From Paludibacteraceae bacterium (GTDB lineage: Bacteria; Bacteroidota; Bacteroidia; Bacteroidales; Paludibacteraceae): a stretch of 64,000 nucleotides of DNA. The position numbers and the translations under genes are program-made. This document shows, piece by piece, positions 58,442-64,000 of the stretch; the stretch's first letter is position 1, and each line of letters opens with the position of its first letter. The notes beneath the pieces are model-generated. The model was not told the DNA's origin and searched no databases. It worked only from the letters and a program-made list of their open reading frames with translations. Where the stretch lies: contig JAFGVV010000065.1 of NCBI GenBank assembly GCA_016937795.1, positions 6,429 to 70,428 of the forward strand. Direction: 5' to 3'.

Positions 58442-59452
58442 ATGAAAAAACCACCAATTACCATTAAAGATATTGCAAGGGCACTCAGTATTTCTCCCTC
58501 CACAGTGTCGCGTGCTCTTAAAAATCATCCTGATATCAGTCAGGATACCAAGGATGTGGTGAATCAATACGCCAAGGAACACAATTATAAACCTAACACT
58601 CTTGCATTAAGCCTTCGTATGAGTAAAAACAATACGATAGGTGTGATTGTTCCTGAAATTGTTCACTATTTCTTTTCTTCTATTCTTTCGGGTATCGAGC
58701 AAGTGGCTGATGCCGAAGGTTATAATGTGATTCTTTGTCAGTCGGACGAGAGTTACGAAAAAGAGGTGCGTAATACCCGTGCGCTGGTAGCTACCCGTGT
58801 GTCGGGGGTACTGGCTTCGTTGGCAAAGCATACCACAAATTACGATCATTTTCAGGAAATTATTGAAAGTGATATCCCATTGGTTTTTTTCGACCGTATA
58901 TGTATTGGTATTAACACCGACCGTGTGGTGGTGGACGACTATGCAGGAGCTTTTGCGGCTGTGGAATATCTGATACAGTCGGGTTGCAAACGTATTGCTT
59001 TTTTCAGCTCGCCACCACAACTTGAAATCTCCAAAAACCGTAAAAATGGTTATCTCGATGCACTTCGTAAATATGGTCTGAAGGTGGATGAATCGCTGAT
59101 CAGAATTTGCGATACGCGCGAAGAAGCTATCATTATCACCCCCGAAATACTCGATCATCCTGATCGCCCCGATGGTTTCTTTGCTATCAACGATCATTGT
59201 GCTGCCGGAATTCTTTATGCCTGCAAACTGGCGAATCTACGCGTGCCCGAAGATGTGTCGATCATGGGTTTTTCGGATGGAGAACTTGCCAAAGCCTGCG
59301 ATCCTATGCTCAGTACTGTAGAACAACATGGTTACGAAATGGGAAAATATGCTGCCAAATTACTGATTGACAAAATAAATGGTGTGACTCATGGTAAATA
59401 TACTAACAAAATTGTGAAAACGAATTTGATTATAAGAGGAACGACTAAATGA
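58442..59452 (+). CDS. LacI-family transcriptional regulator
   Basis: HTH TIKDIARALSISPSTVSRAL, YKPN, IGVIVPEI, VFFDR and STVEQ; start MKKPPIT (58442). Confidence 0.95.
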   Translation: MKKPPITIKDIARALSISPSTVSRALKNHPDISQDTKDVVNQYAKEHNYKPNTLALSLRMSKNNTIGVIVPEIVHYFFSSILSGIEQVADAEGYNVILCQSDESYEKEVRNTRALVATRVSGVLASLAKHTTNYDHFQEIIESDIPLVFFDRICIGINTDRVVVDDYAGAFAAVEYLIQSGCKRIAFFSSPPQLEISKNRKNGYLDALRKYGLKVDESLIRICDTREEAIIITPEILDHPDRPDGFFAINDHCAAGILYACKLANLRVPEDVSIMGFSDGELAKACDPMLSTVEQHGYEMGKYAAKLLIDKINGVTHGKYTNKIVKTNLIIRGTTK

Positions 59453-59456
59453 ATCA

Positions 59457-59506
59457 GATTTGAAAATTTGAGATTTGAAGATTTGAAGAATTTGAAGATT
59501 TGAAGA
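59457..59506 (+). repeat. Left arm: six tandem ATTTGA(A/G)-type 7-9 nt units
   Basis: GATTTGAAAATTTGAGATTTGAAGATTTGAAGAATTTGAAGATTTGAAGA, starting 4 nt after the lacI stop. Confidence 0.9.
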
Positions 59507-59537
59507 ATAGAGAGGTGCGAAATTAAATCAATATATT

Positions 59538-59936
59538 ATGGCTACATATAATCGATTTGAAGATTTGGATGTTTGGAAGAAATCCCGAACAATGTGTAAG
59601 AATATTTATATTATAACAAAGAAGTCTGCCTTTTCAAGGGACTATGCTTTGAAAGATCAGATTCTTCGTTCCTCGGGTTCTGTAATGGATAATATTGCTG
59701 AAGGGTTTGAACGCGAAGGCAATAAAGAATTTATAAATTTTCTATCAATTGCAAAAGGATCGTGTGGTGAGACTCGTTCACAGTTATATCGTGCATTTGA
59801 TTTTGAATATATCGATAATAATGAGTTTAAAGAATTGATTGAAGAAAATATAGAAATAGCCGGATCTATCAAAAATTTTATGAGTTACCTGAAGAATGCA
59901 GATATCAAAGGAAATAAATTTAAAACGGCAGAATAA
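59538..59936 (+). CDS. Four-helix-bundle protein (23S rRNA IVS protein / Avd-like family)
   Basis: [46 protein letters not shown] and YL at the C-terminus; 132 aa. Confidence 0.93.
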   Translation: MATYNRFEDLDVWKKSRTMCKNIYIITKKSAFSRDYALKDQILRSSGSVMDNIAEGFEREGNKEFINFLSIAKGSCGETRSQLYRAFDFEYIDNNEFKELIEENIEIAGSIKNFMSYLKNADIKGNKFKTAE

Positions 59937-59962
59937 ACAAGCATAATTTCGGGTTACGATAA

Positions 59963-59995
59963 TCTTCAAATTTTCAAATTACAAATTTTCAAATT
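59963..59995 (-). repeat. Right arm: four tandem TTCAAAT-type units, an inverted copy of the left arm
   Basis: The reverse complement matches 59457-59489 at 29/33 positions; it ends 7 nt before the MFS start codon. Confidence 0.9.
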
Positions 59996-60002
59996 ATTTA
60001 TA

Positions 60003-61532
60003 ATGAAACCTCGTCTAAGCTTTTGGCAAATCTGGAACATGAGTTTTGGATTTTTGGGTATTCAGTTTGGGTTTGCTTTGCAGAATGCGAATGTGAGCCG
60101 TATTTTTGAAACGCTGGGTGCTGAGATTGATCAGATTCCGGTGTTGTGGCTGGCTGCTCCTGTTACAGGATTGATTATTCAACCTATTATAGGTCATTGG
60201 AGCGATAAAACATGGACGCGCCTGGGACGCCGCAAGCCTTTCTTTCTTTTCGGGGCTATTTTTGCTTCGCTGGCCATACTTTTTATGCCCAACTCGTCGA
60301 CCTGGCTGATTGCTGCCGGTACGCTCTGGATAATGGATGCGTCGATTAATATTTCGATGGAACCTTTTCGTGCTTTTGTGGGCGATATGTTGCCTTCGGA
60401 ACAGCGTACACTGGGTTTTTCGATGCAGAGTTTCTTTATCGGACTGGGTGCTGTGGCTGGCTCGGCATTGCCTTATGTGCTGGCTAATTGGTTTGGAATT
60501 GCCAATGTGCCTCAGGGGCATGAATTGATTCCGGATACTGTTCGCTTGTCGTTTTATATTGGCGGTGTGGTGTTTTTGCTTTCGGTGTTAGTGACTATTT
60601 TTACTACGAAAGAATATTCACCAGAAGAACTGGCAAATTTTGAAAAACATGAAAATGCAGCTGCTAATGTAGCTGAAATGCCTGCTGCAAAAGAAATTCC
60701 GGTTGGACGTTTTGTGAATTTTGGATTATTTTTTGCTACACTGGCAATAGCTATCGGAGGTTTGGTTTATTTCCTGTCGCTCGATGTACAGATTTATATT
60801 CTTACCGGTGTTTTTATTCTGATGGCTTTGATGTTTTTTGTAGTGGCTGGCATGCAACGCGATGAAAAGCATAACGGACTTACGGAGATTATGACCGACT
60901 TGATGAATATGCCACGCACAATGGGACAACTTGCAGTGGTGCAGTTTTTTACCTGGTTGTCGCTTTTTGCAATGTGGATTTATACTACTTCGGCTGTAAC
61001 GGCTTATCATTATGGTGCGACCGATTCAGCCTCTGCGCTCTATAACGAAGGAGCCAACTGGACAGGCGTGCTTTTCGGAGCTTACAGTCTGTTTGCTGCT
61101 ATGGTCGCATTTTTACTTCCGGTAGTAGCAAAGCAAATTTCACGGAAAATGACACATTTGGTTGCGCTTATTATTGGCGGTTTGGGTTTGATATCGATGT
61201 ATGTATTTAAAAATCCCGATATGTTGTTGGTGAGTATGTTTGGAGTAGGTATTGCCTGGGCAAGTATTTTGTCGATGCCCTATGCTATGCTAACCGGAGC
61301 ACTTCCGGCTGCCAAAATGGGTGTGTATATGGGTATTTTCAATTTTTTCATTGTACTTCCGCAGATTCTGGCGGCGTCAATTTTGGGTAGTGTTACCAAG
61401 CATTTGTTTGGTGGTGAGGCTATTTATACGCTTGTGTTCGGAGGTGTGGCTATGATTATTGCTGGAGTTCTGACTTTGATTGTGGAGGATAAAGACGATC
61501 CTTATCAGATAAGGAAAAAGAACCGCAGATAG
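60003..61532 (+). CDS. MFS maltose/maltodextrin transporter (SLC45/MalT-like)
   Basis: QIWNMSFGFLGIQFGFALQ, QPIIGHWSD.TWTRLGRRKP, MDASINISMEPFRAFVGD, SILSMPY and MGVYMGIFNFFIVLPQI. Confidence 0.93.
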   Translation: MKPRLSFWQIWNMSFGFLGIQFGFALQNANVSRIFETLGAEIDQIPVLWLAAPVTGLIIQPIIGHWSDKTWTRLGRRKPFFLFGAIFASLAILFMPNSSTWLIAAGTLWIMDASINISMEPFRAFVGDMLPSEQRTLGFSMQSFFIGLGAVAGSALPYVLANWFGIANVPQGHELIPDTVRLSFYIGGVVFLLSVLVTIFTTKEYSPEELANFEKHENAAANVAEMPAAKEIPVGRFVNFGLFFATLAIAIGGLVYFLSLDVQIYILTGVFILMALMFFVVAGMQRDEKHNGLTEIMTDLMNMPRTMGQLAVVQFFTWLSLFAMWIYTTSAVTAYHYGATDSASALYNEGANWTGVLFGAYSLFAAMVAFLLPVVAKQISRKMTHLVALIIGGLGLISMYVFKNPDMLLVSMFGVGIAWASILSMPYAMLTGALPAAKMGVYMGIFNFFIVLPQILAASILGSVTKHLFGGEAIYTLVFGGVAMIIAGVLTLIVEDKDDPYQIRKKNRR

Positions 61533-61568
61533 AAAAAATGCAGATGAGAATGTATTTCTGAAAAGTAA

Positions 61569-61684
61569 AATCACTTACAAACACAGAGAAAGTACTTACA
61601 ATCACAGAGAAATCACAGAGAATCACAGACAATTCACTTACAAATCACAGTACTATCACAGTATTATCACATACCCATCACTTA
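61569..61684 (+). repeat. Array of 11 TCAC-like cores spaced 10-11 bp apart
   Basis: Cores start at 61571, 61581, 61592, 61602, 61613, 61623, 61634, 61645, 61656, 61667 and 61678. Confidence 0.8.
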
Positions 61685-61713
61685 GGAGTTGTTGAAAATA
61701 AAAAAAGGAATAT

Positions 61714-61809
61714 ATGAAACGAGCCATGAGCAATAACTCACACAAAGAGATGATTATCATTGGCGAGTTCCAACTGACAAATCATAAAAATGAAAAAATA
61801 AACAGATGA
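61714..61809 (+). CDS. Possible 31-aa micro-ORF coupled to the next gene
   Basis: MKRAMSNNSHKEMIIIGEFQLTNHKNEKINR; its TGA overlaps the next ATG (ATGA). Confidence 0.25.
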   Translation: MKRAMSNNSHKEMIIIGEFQLTNHKNEKINR

Positions 61810-62804
61810 AAAATATCATTCAGAATGAAGCCGGAAATCTTATAGAAACAGATTTTTTGCAGCGAAAATCTTCGGATTCCGAAACGCTTTTTTCGCTCGG
61901 AAACGGAAAAATGTTTCAGCAGGGGAATTTTGAGGAGTTTTTCTCGGGCGAAACAGTGTCGGGTTCGTACACTAAAGGACTTGACGACTCGATTTTCGAA
62001 AATTCCGGAGCCTGGAAAATGCCCTACAATCCGTTTGCCAAAATGATGATCAATACGCCCGACTGGACTTCGATAGTTTTAAGGCTGAATGACGAAATTG
62101 TGGACCTCAATGTAAGTAAGGTTACGAATTACAGTCAGGTGCTGAATGTGCGTGAAGCCTCTCTTGAGCGGATTTTTGATTTGGAAACGCCGCGCGGACA
62201 TCAGATAAACATTAGTACCAAGAGGTTTATCAGTTTCGACGAACTTCATACTGCTGTGATAAGTTACAATATCAGAAGTCTGAATTTCGAAGGACGCATT
62301 TCGTTGATGCCGGTGCTCAATGGCGATGTGACGAATGATTACACTAAACTCAATCAGCTGCGCTGGAATGTGCTTCAAACACGCACTCAGCGCGATGTGG
62401 CGCATATATGGACGCAGGTCAGATTGCACGATTTTCATACCTGTCCGGCAATGTCGTATTCATTTTTTAAAAATAATGAAGAGATAAAAAGTATTGCGGC
62501 CAAGATTGAAAAGGAAAAGGTAGCCGGATATTCGGTTGGTGCCGATGTGCGTAGCGGCGACCGACTGACATTATATAAATATATAGCTTTGCTGAATTCT
62601 TCTGAATTTCCACGCAATACACTTGCTGAACGTGCCTGTGAGCTTTCGTTGTTTGCCCGGCAGAATGGCTGGAATGCTTTGTTCGATGCACATTTACATG
62701 CATGGAATAATATATGCAAGGCAATAACTGAAAAATCACAATTATCAACCGAAAAGGAAAATGAGATGTTATTGCACTTATTGAACCAATATTGTAAGTA
62801 TTAA
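61806..62804 (+). CDS. GH65 (maltose phosphorylase-like) N-terminal domain only; catalytic domain absent (truncated gene or pseudogene)
   Basis: SETLFSLGNG..QQGNFEE, MINTPDW.SI, TKRFIS and YSVGADV resemble the GH65 N-domain. The ORF stops at 332 aa, 10 nt before the GH13 start. Confidence 0.75.
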   Translation: MKNIIQNEAGNLIETDFLQRKSSDSETLFSLGNGKMFQQGNFEEFFSGETVSGSYTKGLDDSIFENSGAWKMPYNPFAKMMINTPDWTSIVLRLNDEIVDLNVSKVTNYSQVLNVREASLERIFDLETPRGHQINISTKRFISFDELHTAVISYNIRSLNFEGRISLMPVLNGDVTNDYTKLNQLRWNVLQTRTQRDVAHIWTQVRLHDFHTCPAMSYSFFKNNEEIKSIAAKIEKEKVAGYSVGADVRSGDRLTLYKYIALLNSSEFPRNTLAERACELSLFARQNGWNALFDAHLHAWNNICKAITEKSQLSTEKENEMLLHLLNQYCKY

Positions 62805-62814
62805 TGTTTTGAAT

Positions 62815-64000
62815 ATGAATAGAAGAAATTTCATTATTACAGTTTTTTTGTTGAACTTTTTTGTTTTATCGTTTGGGGCAAATGCCAAAACAAAGACATG
62901 GGTGAGCCGTCTGGAGCCAACGAATTGGTGGACCGGTATGCAGCACAATGAATTACAGTTGATGTTGTTCGGCCCGAGAATAAGCGATGCCATTGTTACA
63001 GTGGATTATGAAGGCGTTACGCTGAAACGTAAAGTGCTGACCGATAATCCCGATTATACATTTTTGTATCTTGCGATAAATGAAAATGCAAAACCCGGCA
63101 CAATGAATATTGTACTTAGTCGTGGCAAGAAGAAACAAACCATTGCTTACGAACTTAAGGCGCGCCGTGAGGGTTCGGCATTGCGCAAAAGTTTCTCGGA
63201 AGCTGATGCGGTGTATCTGCTTATGCCCGACAGATTTGCGAATGGAAATCCGCAAAACGATTCTATAAAAGGCTATCATCAGGGAGTGAATCGTATGGAT
63301 TTGGGTAAACGGCATGGTGGTGATATTGAAGGCATTATTTCTAAAATTCCGTATCTGGTCGATTTGGGTGTAACTGCTTTGTGGACAACACCTTTTTTCG
63401 ATAATAATGATACGCAATATTCATATCATCATTATGCAGTGTCCGATTATTACAAAATTGACCCGCGCATGGGCACTAACGACGATTTTGTGCGTATGAC
63501 CAAACTTTGTCACGATAATGGCATTAAATATATTCTCGATGTGGTTCCCAATCATTGTGGTGGTTCGCACTGGTGGATACAAAGTAAACCAGCGGCCGAC
63601 TGGTTCAACGAGTGGCCACAGTTTACTTCGTCGAATTATCGCATGACAGCCTGGACCGATCCGCATCGTTCGGAAGCCGACCTGACACGCCTTACAAAAG
63701 GTTGGTTTGCGCCCAATATGCCTGATTTCAATTTGAATAATCCGCTGGTATTCGACTATCTGCGGCAGGCATATGTGTTTTGGATTGAAAAATCATATGT
63801 GGCCGGTCTGCGCGTGGATACTTATCCTTACAACGATATACGATTGGCTGCCAGATTTATACAATCCATCCGCGACGAGTATCCGAATATGAATGTAGTG
63901 GGAGAGTGCTGGGTGAAAACGCCTGCCGAAACAGCTTATTATCAGTCGGGAAACAACAATAAGGATGGATTTGATTCGCGTTTGCCAAGTGTGATGGATT
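62815..64000 (+). CDS. GH13 neopullulanase/cyclomaltodextrinase (SusA-like), partial; runs off the window end and is not in the ORF track
   Basis: My translation gives MNRRNFII... signal peptide, RLEPTNWWTGM, YLLMPDRFANG, HGGDIEG, LDVVPNH, GLRVDTYPY (nucleophile) and VVGECW (acid/base). Confidence 0.92.
   Translation, partial: MNRRNFIITVFLLNFFVLSFGANAKTKTWVSRLEPTNWWTGMQHNELQLMLFGPRISDAIVTVDYEGVTLKRKVLTDNPDYTFLYLAINENAKPGTMNIVLSRGKKKQTIAYELKARREGSALRKSFSEADAVYLLMPDRFANGNPQNDSIKGYHQGVNRMDLGKRHGGDIEGIISKIPYLVDLGVTALWTTPFFDNNDTQYSYHHYAVSDYYKIDPRMGTNDDFVRMTKLCHDNGIKYILDVVPNHCGGSHWWIQSKPAADWFNEWPQFTSSNYRMTAWTDPHRSEADLTRLTKGWFAPNMPDFNLNNPLVFDYLRQAYVFWIEKSYVAGLRVDTYPYNDIRLAARFIQSIRDEYPNMNVVGECWVKTPAETAYYQSGNNNKDGFDSRLPSVMD

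Noticed and set aside
59538-59936. Diversity-generating retroelement (Avd) or a genuine 23S rRNA intervening sequence
   Set aside because: I saw no reverse transcriptase, no TR/VR repeat pair and no rRNA gene around it. Only the family homology and the stem architecture are supported.
1-64000. tRNA/rRNA genes, IS elements, integrases, prophage
   Set aside because: None was recognised. A tRNAscan/Infernal/ISEScan run would be needed to exclude weak cases.

Overview
This window is chromosomal DNA from a Bacteroidota (Bacteroidales, Paludibacter-like) organism. The assignment rests on TAnnTTTG promoters, SusC/SusD pairs, lipoprotein signals and T9SS-type C-termini. The left half holds housekeeping and accessory genes: acyl-CoA ligase, pheT, a trans-sulfuration enzyme, pirin, a VWA lipoprotein, DPP III, a large modular GH33 sialidase, a GlsB-like acyltransferase, GH105+CE8, asmA-TPR-nfeD-floA, ddh, a biotin-dependent acyl-CoA carboxylase operon, hsdR_N-amn-holA and tex. 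The right half holds two adjacent polysaccharide utilisation loci. One is a beta-1,6-glucan-type PUL (GH3, SusC, SusD, SGBP, 2x GH30) next to an NrtR-family regulator with six GT-N7-AC operators. The other is a starch/maltose PUL (SusC/D/F, triple-CBM T9SS protein, LacI, MFS, an N-domain-only GH65, and a GH13 cut by the window end). I recognised no rRNA, tRNA, CRISPR-Cas, transposase or prophage. The most striking unexplained structure is a four-helix-bundle gene at the lacI-MFS junction. It is enclosed by two inverted arrays of a tandem 8-mer (29/33 identical; 3 of 4 mismatches are G-U pairable in the sense RNA) plus an inner 8-bp inverted repeat, so it looks like an intervening-sequence-like RNA stem-loop cassette inside an mRNA. 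A gene-less head-to-head array of the same design and several one-armed arrays occur at other gene junctions. There are also two helically phased intergenic arrays and two G/C-rich REP-like palindromes. All family assignments come from motif recognition, not database searches.
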